From: Chiloscyllium plagiosum
Taxonomy: Eukaryota
NCBI RefSeq assembly: GCF_004010195.1
Contig: NC_057718.1
Coordinates: 75,381,300 to 75,445,299 of the forward strand
DNA: 64,000 nt
Reading direction: 5' to 3'
Position 1 is the stretch's first letter, and every line of letters starts with the position of its first letter. The notes under the pieces are model-generated. The model was not told the origin of the DNA. It worked only from the letters and a program-made list of their open reading frames with translations, and did no database searches. The translations under genes and the position numbers were made by a program. Positions 39,813 through 50,887 of this stretch are shown piece after piece.

Positions 39813-41709
39813 GCCTTGTTCTATGTTTCATTGAAAGGTTTGGCAGCTGTCTCAATGCTAACCCTGACACCACAGTCGCCTATGGCAGGGCTGCATTGTT
39901 GGTGTGCTGGAGTGGTTGCTACTGCTGCCTCGGCCCTGTCACCATTCAGTTACCTGACCAAGGGACTGGGAATTAAAGTTTATCTTCACCTAGACATGAC
40001 AACGGAGGCTGACTTGAAGGCGATGGCTAGTGTCGTCCGTATACTGGCCATTGTCACAGCTTCCAAATAAATGGAAAGGCGGTGTTTTTGCTTTGTCCCA
40101 GTTGGCAGTGCATCTGACCTTGGAGAAAGGGATCACTGTGCGGGGGACTTATTTACTTGTTGAACCGATGGAGGCTATGGCTCAAAAAGGTCACAATCTC
40201 TAATATCTCACCCTTCATTGCCAATGAGTTTCTCCTCCCCCATTTGCAGTTGGTGGGGCGGGGTGAGCAGTCAGGAATGGCATCCATCCCACTTGGACTG
40301 ATGGGACCCAGTCTGAAACATGTTGATTTCTTCCAGCGCCAGGTCTTCATTGAAGATCTTGGTCTGGGCGGTGGTGATGGAAGAGATATTTATCATGCTT
40401 CATGAGGGGACAGTCTACTGTGTTTCTGGATGGTGGATAGTGTGCAGTGTCACTAGTATAAGGAGGCAGGGCATGTGAGGAGGAATTGCCCCACCTTGAA
40501 GGTAACCAAAGCTATATCATTAGTTGCTGATGCCACTGCCGCTCCCACTCCCCCTGCCCCAGTGATAACACCTGGAGTGCTGCAAGCAAGGCCTAAGCTG
40601 GAGTTTGCTGTTACACTGGCCTCTGGTGGGGAGGAGTGTGGGTATTTTGCTGGAAAGAAGGTGAGGAGGAAGACAAAGCATCTTTAAACTGACCCCTGAA
40701 TGCGTCCCCTTGCACCCCTGAGCCAGTTGCGTTGAGATTGTGGTCAGAATCTTGGCCTGTCCCACTCTGGTGCAAAATATTCCTCTATGGACATGCCTGA
40801 TCACTCCAGCTTGGGAACCCTGAGCCCGACTCCCATCCTTCATCAGTTGTGCGCAATAATCTCAGCCCCTGACCCCACTCAGCTGAGCCTCGGAATACCG
40901 AGTTCAATCCCCATCTGTCTCCATCTGAGCCTGAGAATTCTCGGCCTGGTTCTGCACATGGGAATCCCGATCCTGTGACCAACCCATAGCCCCACCCTTC
41001 AATCATCTGATGGCGGGGATTCTGGAGCAGGATGGGAAATGATGAAGCTATCTTCCCTTACCTTGCCACACCCCCAGCCTTCCCTCATCCAGTTGTTTTT
41101 ATTGACTTGCTGGTGGGAAGGCACAAAATTCCCAAGAACACCGTGGGGTGTGGTGAGGAAAAAGAGACCACCATCATGACAAAGAAGAGTTGCCACTGCC
41201 TGCAGGGGGAGGACTTCCCTGTCACTAGAGTAAGGTCCTGCTCTTCCCCAGGGGAAAACCTGCAGCACCTCTTGTCCTTTCTTGTGTTGTGATGGGTCTG
41301 GAACCTTGGGGGTTGTAGCTGGTCCTCACACTGCCAAGGTCCCAGTGACCCCTGAAGACGAGCCAGAGATTTGAGAAGGCTGCAGTGCAGGTATTATAAA
41401 CCTTGCTGGGTTATCACCTGTTGGAGAGGAGGAAGGTGTTTCCCTCACTCTACCCTCCCAGACTGTTTTGCTGGGTACCTTGGACCTGAGGTAGGATCTT
41501 TTCCCTGAGAGGTCAGGTGATCTGGTGTCAGGAGAGGAGTGGGTCCCTGAGCCTCCACTAACCCATGACCCTGAACCTGAAGACCCTTCTGATGGAGTCC
41601 ACCAAGGAAGCCCCTGCCTATGACTCTGGGGGTGGTGCCACTGGGGGAGTGGAGCCAGCTGGTGGCACCGGGCCATCTCCCACTCTCACAGTGGGAGAGG
41701 GTACAGTAG

Positions 41710-41938
41710 TTGAAACTTTATTGCTGGAACAGCACAGCAGGTCAGGCAGCATCCAGGGAACAGGAGATTCGATGTTTCGGGCACAGGCCCTTCTTCGGGC
41801 ACAGGCCATTCCTGAAGAAGGGCCTGTGCCCGAAACGTCGAATCTCCTGTTCCCTGGATGCTGCCTGACCTGCTGTGCTGTTCCAGCAATAAAGTTTCAA
41901 CTTTGATCTCCAGCATCTGCAGACCTCACTTTCTCCTC
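41710..41938. mobile_element. Palindromic PLE-terminus element inserted in Tx1 ORF1
   Basis: About 89-nt inverted arms plus a 3' extension; 13-bp TSD GAGGGTACAGTAG at 41697-41709 and 41939-41951. Confidence 0.9.
41808..41843 (+). ncRNA. Minimal type-I hammerhead ribozyme motif
   Basis: Stem I ATTC/GAAT, CTGAAGA, stem II GGGC-CTGT-GCCC, GAAA, self-complementary ACGT stem III, GUC site at 41837-41839. Confidence 0.85.
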
Positions 41939-44900
41939 GAGGGTACAGTAGGCAAGGGCAACCAGCAGGAGTACACAGCCTGAATGGTGGGCACTGGGAA
42001 TGAGGCACAGTCAGTCTCCAGCGAGGTTGTAGATTCCCTGATGCCCTCCACTGAATTTCCCCTCATCCCCATCGAGGAGCTTTGGGACTTTCTCGTGAAG
42101 AGTCTCTACCATTGCAGTAGAGTCCAGCTGACTCTTGACCACTGAACTGATTTTGTGTTGGTCTTCTGGGCAAACCTCAATGTGCACAGAATGACCGGCA
42201 ATGGTTCAGGACATGAGGAAACCAAGGGACCTAAGTGCCCTTCCTTCCTGCACATAGAGTTTTTAACTTTGGTGACGGTGGCACAATGCTGCTGGCATGA
42301 TACTGCCATAGCCAGCCTCAACATCCATGGCAGCAGGAAGTCACAACGCATATTCCAGAACTTCTCAGTCCTCCTGCAAGAAACCCACATTGCATTGGGC
42401 TACAAAGCCATCTGGCTTTTGGATTGGTGAGGGGTCTACATGTGTGACCTCATCACCAATTCTGGGCGCAGCCTATCTTGTTGGCCATGCATTTCCAGCA
42501 GGGGTCAAAGAGCTGGTGCCAGGTCATTTGCCTCACCTGATAATCTGACTAGGGGTCGTGGTACTTAACCTTGTGTACGCATACCCACCACTGGTAGGCT
42601 GATACACATGCATTTCTTTGAAGAACTGTCCATTCACCTCATGTCCATTGACGAAGGCCAGTACATTATCCTCAGGGGGTTTTTAACTGCACCCTCAAAG
42701 AGCGTGACCATTGTGGTATCCAGTCTGGTCTCACAGCAGGAAGAAGGTTGGGGGGCTTGGTCAAGTTCTTTGACCTGATAGACATCTGGCGAAATCTCCA
42801 ACCTGAGCTCATCACTTTCATCTTTGTAAGGCCTGGGGCAGGAGGATTGAGAATTGACCACCTATACATTTCACGGACTAATAGATCCAGTTTTCTGGAG
42901 GCCTCAATGCGGCAGGAGCTGTACATGGATCACCATCTAGTCTGAGCAGAGCTCACTTGGTTCCATGCCCAGCTCGGGTCCACATACTGGCACTTTTACT
43001 GCCACTTGCTGCTGCACGGCATGTTTCATTTTTGCTGGGCCAGCTCGAGAAGGAAGCAGGGGGCTTCCAATCCTTGGGGCTAAATGGTGGGACATAGGCA
43101 AGACTCACGTTGGTGTTTTCTGTCAGGAGTATGCAAAAGGGTTGGCAAAGAGGCAGAAATCCAGGATTGAGGAGTTGGAGAATGAGGTGCTCAACCTCAA
43201 GACAAGCCTTAATCAGCATGATGCAGACCTAGCCCTGCAGGGGTTGTACGAAGAGAGTCAGGGCATGGCTCCGAGACCTCCTACTCATTGGGATTTAGGG
43301 TGTATACGTGAAGTTGGAGATCTGGCTCCTTGAGGATCTGGACTGTGGCTCCCCTTTCTTTGACACACTGGAAAAGAGATGTGGCATTGTCAGAACCGGA
43401 GGGCATTGGTGCCCAAATCAAAACCTATTACATGGTTTTGTTCTCTCCACAACCATCCAGCGAGGACGCTTACAGGGTTCTGTTGGAGGACATGCTGCAG
43501 GTATGTTTGGGGGACAACAGGACCTGACTAACATCCTCACCTGTCTCTTGAGGAGTAAATCCCCAGCGCGGCATGGGATGACCGTGGAGCTTTTCAAGGC
43601 ATGTTCTGAGATGTCCTGGGGGGATGAGTACGTGCTGCTCCTTCCTACTGTCAGGAGTAGTGGCTTTCATCAAACACCCATTGCTCAGGAATCTGCACCT
43701 CCACCATTGGGGATGTGAAAGGCTGGTGGAGGGGAGGGCTGTGGCAGCAGGGATGACCAGAGTTGAGGATGTGCCAGGTGGCAGAAGTCTGGGCTGGATG
43801 ATATGCAGGAATTGGCATGCAGGGTGGCAGCAGACATTCAGAACTTGGCCGATGCTATCCATCGCCTGAAAATGGTGGTGCTCAGACCTGGAATTGTGCA
43901 TTGTTGGAGGGTGCTCAGGTGTGCAGTCTGCTGTTCCCCCTGCTATGATGGCATTTCAAATTGGCTGCAAGATACTGAACCTCCCTCAGGAGCCTATCCC
44001 CCACAACTCAGCTGTCTCCTGAATATGATTCTTTTCATCTCACAAAGAGTCGATTTGTAAACAGGCTGCTGCTGCACGCCATTCACCTCAACTCTTACAT
44101 CTACTGTCCAGACACACCTTGGTGTGCTTATTTGCCACCATTGGCAGTGATCCACAGTAGAGGGTTCTCTACACAGGATCCTCCACCAGGAACTTGGAAT
44201 GGAGGGTGTTGCACGTAGCAGTCTCTTGCAACAGCAGATTGTACCAATTTACAGATTCGCTGTCCACCTGTTTATTTTGCAGCACTGTGGACCATGTATT
44301 TATTGGTTGTGGCTGTTTGCACTCTCTTTTTAGTTATTTGAAAAACCTTCTGTTGTGTTTTTGGTTGCATTTCAGCCCCATGCTCCTTACCTTGGGCAGC
44401 TGGTGTGGAGGGGTGTGGGCAGTTCGGAGGATCAACTCATGGGTCTGCTCCCGGACTTTGCCAGGCTGATTGGAAACAAGTGTAGGCAACGGAACATGAA
44501 AGACTTCATCTCTGCCAAATGCCTGCCCCTCTTCCACGGTCATATTCAAGCCTGGGTGTTATTAGAGAGGAAGCACGTGGTGTACACCAATGCTTCAATG
44601 CCATTTAGGGAGAGGTAAGCACCATAGAGGATGCAGTAAATTTATTTCCCCCTCCAACTCCATTTTGATTTCGTCCCCTCCTTCTCTCCATAACACCACC
44701 TTCACATTTTAATGACAGCATTATCCTTAACAGGCTTTGCTTGTTAATGTTCAATTTGCCACATGGGTGTTTTCCTGATAGTGGAAAAAAAATGATTAAT
44801 AAAGTAATACATAATAATGTCTTTTTAATATGTCACTGTAAACAAAAACAAAGTACACAGCCACGGGTAACTTGGGGAAAAATATTTTTAAATACGATGA

Positions 44901-46120
44901 AATGAGAAAGATCAAGCAAACCCAAATGGATCCTTCTTGTGGTGGAGCAGTAGTGTCCCTGCACTTGGACAGGGAGACGCAGGTTGAAGTCCCAGCTGCT
45001 TCAGAGGTGTGTAATTGGCTTTCCCATGCATTTGTGGCCAAAAATAGAGGTTTCTCATCTTCTGCAGATAAAATGGAAGTTTTCTGCCTTCTTTGGCTAA
45101 AATGGAAAGCAAAATGGATGATTTACCATATTTTGCGTGCTAATGAACAACTCCTGTCCTTTCATCTCAGATATTACCACATACATTTGCTGCCTGCAGC
45201 TTTAAAGATGAATTTCACTAGCTTAATGGTTTTCCCTATTCTATCCAAGGGAAATAAAACTAAGTGCATGGTCTGCTTTTTCCAAAGCCATTGCTAACCT
45301 ATGGTGCAGCATTTAGTGACCCATATATTTGCACAAAGATCCCTTTGTTCCTCTACCCAAGCTAGATTTGCACTTACTAAGTAATAAATGATCACCTTAT
45401 TATTCCTGCAAAATACACCACTAATATCTTAAACTATATTTTTCCATTATTTGTTTACTCTGCAACTTTATTATTGTTCTCCTGTATTTTGTTAACAATT
45501 CTTCTTAGTATTATCACCCAAATGTACTGTTGGCCGCAATTTAGAAAATACCCTTTTGATTCCAAAGTTCAATGATTATTCTAATTGTGAACAGCATTGA
45601 ACCTCTCTCTGATCTGTGTGGAATGTCCACCCACTGACACTCTGAACGTGGGGTTTAGGAGCAGGAATAGGTGATTTAACCCACTTCATTTCCACACTCT
45701 GTCTTGAAACTAACTAGAAATCCAGTCTTCCACTTGTCCTCTGATTAAATTTTATTGGTTATTAATGGCTGGACTTTGAATGTCTGGATAAATTACATGG
45801 GGACTATGTGAATATTTCCCCTTATAAGAAAATGAGGTCTCCTGTTAAAGAATATCTAATATTTTAAGAAGAAGCCCCCCCATGACAGAGGTGAGAAGAA
45901 ATGATTTCTCTCAGAGCACCATCATCATGTGGGATTATCATGCCCAGTAAACAGTGCAGGCTGGGACATTGAAGTTATTCAAGACAGAGTTAGATGGATT
46001 TTTAAGAGACAAACAAGTCAATGGGTTTAATGGGAAAGTGAACTTGTGACCATAATCAGATTAGTCATAGTTAAAAATCACACAACACCAGGTTATAGTC
46101 CAACAGATTTAATTGGAAGC

Positions 46121-46158
46121 ACACTAGCTTTCGGAGCGACGCTCCTTCATCAGGTGAT
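46121..46158 (-). ncRNA. Mirror-image hammerhead motif on the minus strand
   Basis: Exact reverse complement of 46163-46200. Confidence 0.75.
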
Positions 46159-46162
46159 TGTG

Positions 46163-46200
46163 ATCACCTGATGAAGGAGCGTCGCTCCGAAAGCTAGTGT
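46163..46200 (+). ncRNA. Minimal type-I hammerhead ribozyme motif
   Basis: cac-CTGATGA-a-GGAGC-gtc-GCTCC-GAAA-GCTA-gtg; stem I CAC/GTG, AGCT stem III, predicted CUA site. Confidence 0.75.
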
Positions 46201-47022
46201 GCTTCCAATTAAACCTGTTGGACTATAACCTGGTGTTGTGTGATTTTTAACTTTGTACACCCCAGTCCAACACCAGCATCTCCGAATCAGATTAGTCATG
46301 ATCTCATTGAACGGTGGTGCAGGCTCCATGCTTACTCCTATTCCTAAGTTAGATGTTACTACTACAATCTTTCCATTACCACAGTTTGGTTAAGCAAGAT
46401 TTTTTCTTTTGAAACCCAGGCTGATTATTCTTTATCTTTTTTTTCCCATATATCTTCTTACATTTTCTGTTCAGATAAGGATTCCATTATTTTTCTTAAT
46501 GTCGATGTTAAATTGATTGCTGTATAATGAATTGAACATGGTCTGTTCCCCTCCTTAAATGTAGGAGTTATATTTTTCTAATGATTTATTAAATGTTTTA
46601 TAATAACTGTTATATTTTTCCCAGACTATTTCAATGTAAGTGGATGCAATTTATTGAGGCCAGGACGTTTTTCTCTTGGGGTTTGTTTAATCAGTACATG
46701 ACATAAAAAAATCTAATTGCTCAGTTTATCATTCAATACCATGTCCACCAATTTTATCACCTTGATAAATACAAAAACAAAGTAATTATTTAATATCCGT
46801 CATCATCCCATCATTATCTACACTATCAGGTTTATTCCTTCATAGTTTTAGTTTCATCAAAACTTTATAAATTGATGTACTTGAAAAGCATTTCACTATT
46901 TTGTCTTAGGTCCTCTTCTAATTGTTTATTGAATTTTCTCTAAATCTCCTTGAATTCTCTGATCATGCATTCCCTCTATTGAATGTAACCATCTTTTCTA
47001 ACTGGGAGACATGCCTTTATGT

Positions 47023-47292
47023 AGATTAGATTAGATTACATTACATTACAGTGTGGAAACAGGCCCTTCGGCCCAACATGTCCACACCGAACTGCCGAAG
47101 CGCAACCCACCCATACCCCCTACATTTATCCCTTACCTAACACTACGGGCAATTTAGCATGGCCAATTCACCTGACCTGCACATCTTTGGACTGTGGGAG
47201 GAAATCGGAGCACCCGGAGGAAACCCACGCAGACACGGGGAGAATGTGCAAACTCCACACAGTCAGTCGCCTGAGGCGGGAATTGAACCCGG
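47023..47292 (-). mobile_element. HE1-like SINE lacking the 5' head
   Basis: Antisense HE1 sequence with an (AGATT)n tail. Confidence 0.88.
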
Positions 47293-47444
47293 GAATATAT
47301 TCTTTCAGGGAATATATTTTCCTATGTTTCACTAACCACTGTTACAAATTTTCTGATTGGGCTACATCATTGTTAGTCAATATAGTTGGTCAATATTATT
47401 TTCCAAGTTCAATTCTCAGATACCCAATATCACCTTTATCCTAA

Positions 47445-48813
47445 AAACATAAACAAGGTGAAAGGGAAGGCTGGTAGGTATAGGGAATGCTGGATGACTA
47501 AAGAAATCGAGGGCTTGGTTAAGAAAAAGAAGGAAGCATATGTCAAGTATAGACAGGATAGATCGAGTGAATCCTTAGAAGAGTATAAAGAAAGTAGGAG
47601 TATACTTAAGAGGGAAGTCAGGAGGGCAAAACGGGGACATGAGATAGCTTTGGCAAATAGAATTAAGGAGAATCCAAAGGGTTTTTACAAATATATTAAG
47701 GATNNNNNNNNNNNNNNNNNNNNNNNNNNNNNNNNNNNNNNNNNNNNNNNNNNNNNNNNNNNNNNNNNNNNNNNNNNNNNNNNNNNNNNNNNNNNNNNNN
47801 NNNNNNNNNNNNNNNNNNNNNNNNNNNNNNNNNNNNNNNNNNNNNNNNNNNNNNNNNNNNNNNNNNNNNNNNNNNNNNNNNNNNNNNNNNNNNNNNNNNN
47901 NNNNNNNNNNNNNNNNNNNNNNNNNNNNNNNNNNNNNNNNNNNNNNNNNNNNNNNNNNNNNNNNNNNNNNNNNNNNNNNNNNNNNNNNNNNNNNNNNNNN
48001 NNNNNNNNNNNNNNNNNNNNNNNNNNNNNNNNNNNNNNNNNNNNNNNNNNNNNNNNNNNNNNNNNNNNNNNNNNNNNNNNNNNNNNNNNNNNNNNNNNNN
48101 NNNNNNNNNNNNNNNNNNNNNNNNNNNNNNNNNNNNNNNNNNNNNNNNNNNNNNNNNNNNNNNNNNNNNNNNNNNNNNNNNNNNNNNNNNNNNNNNNNNN
48201 NNNNNNNNNNNNNNNNNNNNNNNNNNNNNNNNNNNNNNNNNNNNNNNNNNNNNNNNNNNNNNNNNNNNTGGTGGTGGAGGGTTGTTTTTCAGACTGGAGG
48301 CCTGTGACCAGTGGAGTGCCACAAGGATCGTTGCTGGGCCCTCTACTTTTTGTCATTTACATCAATGATTTGGATGCGAGCATAAGAGGTACAGTTAGTA
48401 AGTTTACAGATGACACCAAAATTGGAGGTGTAGGGGACAGCGAAGAGGGTTACCTCAGATTACAATAGGATCTGGACCAGATGGACTATTGTACTGTTGA
48501 GAAGTGGCAGATGGAGTTTAATTCAGATAAATGCGAGGTGCTGCATTTTGGGAAAGCAAATCTTAGCAGGACTTATACACTTAATGGTAAGGTCCTAGGG
48601 AGTGTTGCTGAACAAAGAGACCTTGGAGTGTAGGTTCATAGCTCCTTAAAAGTGGAGTCGCAGGTAGATAGGATAATGAAGAAGGCGTTTGGTATGCTTT
48701 CCTTTACTGGTCAGAGTATTGAGTACAGGAGTTGGGAGGTCATGTTGTGGCTGTACAGGATATTGGTTGGACCGAAGGGTCTGTTTCCATGCTGTACATC
48801 TCTATGACTCTAT
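47445..48813 (+). mobile_element. Young CR1/HER1-like LINE fragment spanning a gap
   Basis: [57 protein letters not shown]; tail CTCTATGACTCTAT. Confidence 0.9.
47704..48268. other. Assembly gap
   Basis: Run of N. Confidence 1.
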
Positions 48814-49124
48814 AAATAATTTAATACTTGGTTTATACTATTTATATTCTTTTCTATCCTTATCTTAAAGTGTATCATATTATGGTCACTATTTCCTGGA
48901 TGTTATCCAGCTCTTGCTTCTTCAGTCTGGTCTGATTCATTTCTTGCTCGAAATTGTTAATTTCTCTTGTTGGGTTTTCATATATCAAAAAGGAGTACTC
49001 ACTGTCAGAACATCATTCCCTTAACTTCTTTATATAATTTTCTAATTAATACTAGGACAGCTGAAAGTCCTAATAAATTTTTAAAAAATTTTCTAATTTG
49101 TCTGCATATTTCTTCATCAACCTA

Positions 49125-49424
49125 GGGGCAGCACAGTGGTTAGCACTGCTGCTTCACAGCGCCAGGGACCAGGGTTCAATTCTAGCCTCAGGTGGAGTTT
49201 GCACATTCTCCCCGTGTCTGTGTGGGTTTCCTCCGGGTGCTCCGGTTTCCTCCCACAATCCAAAGATGTGCAGGTTAGCTGAATTGGTCATGTTAAATTG
49301 CCCGTAGAGTTAGATGCATTAGTTAGGGGGAATGGGTCTTGGTGGGTTACTGTTCAGAGGGTCGGTGTGACTAGTTGCACCAGAAAGGCCTGTTTTCACA
49401 CTGTAGGGAATCTAATCTAATCTA
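49125..49424 (+). mobile_element. HE1-like SINE
   Basis: Head, body and (AATCT)n tail. Confidence 0.88.
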
Positions 49425-50887
49425 TTCCAATTATATGGTGATCTAATACTGATTAGTATGATTGAAAATTCAGTCCTTTGGTTCATACCTTCTATGTCAA
49501 GTAGTTAAATCTCTTCCATTTCTTCACTTTCCTCATTACACCTGAATCTATTTCCAGTTACAGAATTTCTGTTGATATCACACAGTATATTTAGGTTTTG
49601 TCTACTGTTACCTCTTAGATTCTTGAAAAACTTGATGAATGCTTTTCTCTTTGCTCATTTCAATAATTTCCACATTTTTTTCTTCCTCTTTATGTTATAT
49701 TTTTAATCTCTGGTGTCAGATTAGAATCATCTACCTGACTAGAATTTCTCCACCCAGAGTACTGTGACAGAGTGCTTATCCTGTATCAAGTTGGGCTGCA
49801 GTCTTGCTTCATAATAGCTAACCATAACAGCCTGGGTATACTATTAATGACTCTCTGCTCGTCATCATAGCACTTTCTGCTAATTTAGTTTAATAGGTGG
49901 CAACTTCTTGGGCTATCACTTGCAAACACAGACAAGTCTGGTTGGATGTTTTCCCCCAACTTGTAACCTGCTTAGTGAGATTAGAAAACCAATTTACCAA
50001 AATCCAAGACAAACAATAGGCACAGTTGGAAAATATGAAACAAAACAAATCTTCTGAAATGTGTAGTACCTGTTGTGAACTCAGAAAATTCCAAAACATT
50101 TTACAGCCAATTAATTATGTTTGAATATCTTTTATAAAGGCAGGAATAAAACACGTAATTCTTATTCAATCAACCACATTATTGAGAATAAAATGTCTTC
50201 ATGAAGAGTTTAAAATAATAAATTGGCTAAATATTCTTTGTTGTCCATTGCAGCTTTCAGGCAATATTCTGTTTGTTACCTGTAGCTTAATAAATGATAC
50301 TTGCTGAATTATAATTTATCCTTTACATAGGGAATTATTCTGGCATGGAAAGGCTTGAAAACAGATTCCTGGTGCAACACAGACCAAACTCTCAGTGTAG
50401 ATGACTGATGTGTTAAAATCCACTCCAGTAGTCACATTTTGGGTTCACACAGCTCTTATTATGCTCTGATAGTAGGACGATCAGAATTGCTTGCAGCACT
50501 CCAAAATCAGAGCTGGTTCACGTTTCTGATTTTGTGATTCGTGCTTATCAGAATAAAAATAATTTAAGTTTACTTAAAGATTGCAGTATATGATATATGA
50601 AGTATCACGGGTGCTCAACAATGATATAGTGAGTTTTTTTCTACTGCTCCCATCCAACTTCATTGATCAGAATGCTAGATTCAAGTTGCACATCAGAGAT
50701 CTTTGCTTTTGTTACCCAAATGAGGGAAGAGTCACAAGTAATTTGTGTGAGTTCCATTTCTATGAAGCACTTATGAGTAAAGTACTTGACGTACATTCCC
50801 GTGGAAGGACATACCGAGAATGTTTCTGCCTTTCAAATACTGATTCAGCTGCTCTGCAATTCCAGAATGCTCCAATTTCACTTATCG

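Larger units (their letters stand above)
39855..44792 (+). mobile_element. Tx1-clade L1-type non-LTR retrotransposon, decayed, with most of RT deleted
   Basis: ORF1 LTKGLGIK..AIVTASK, ISNISPFI, LKHVDFFQRQVF and knuckle CH*YKEAGHVRRNCP; ORF2 APE SLNIHG..LLQETH, DIWR, RIDHLYIS and DHHLV; WWDIGK; KSPARHGMTVE; C-terminal WRVLH..CLFC..DHVFIGC; short A tail. Confidence 0.85.
46069..46284. mobile_element. Near-perfect palindromic PLE-terminus element with a hammerhead on each strand
   Basis: 90-nt arms at 46069-46158 and 46163-46252 with one mismatch and a 4-nt loop; 15-bp TSD AATCAGATTAGTCAT at 46054-46068 and 46285-46299. Confidence 0.92.
45230..47440. mobile_element. Cluster of old CR1 fragments on both strands, hosting younger insertions
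   Basis: Decayed RT-like sequence; CR1-type 3' UTR ATCAGATTAGTCATGATCTCATTGAACGGTGGTGCAGGCTC. Confidence 0.5.

Noticed and set aside
39319..40070. Cys-rich or Ser-rich repeat protein, or a CRISPR-like array
   Set aside because: Head-to-tail 39-bp minisatellite with no unique spacers; open frames follow from the unit length being a multiple of three
44872..45297. 141-aa ORF
   Set aside because: Overlaps a SINE-like head and AT-rich sequence; no recognisable homology
46069..46252. MITE or pre-miRNA interpretation of the palindrome
   Set aside because: The asymmetric tail, 15-bp TSD and hammerhead core fit a PLE terminus better; small-RNA production is not excluded
47386..48468. 360-aa ORF
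   Set aside because: CR1 ORF2 pieces bridged by Ns; not a host gene
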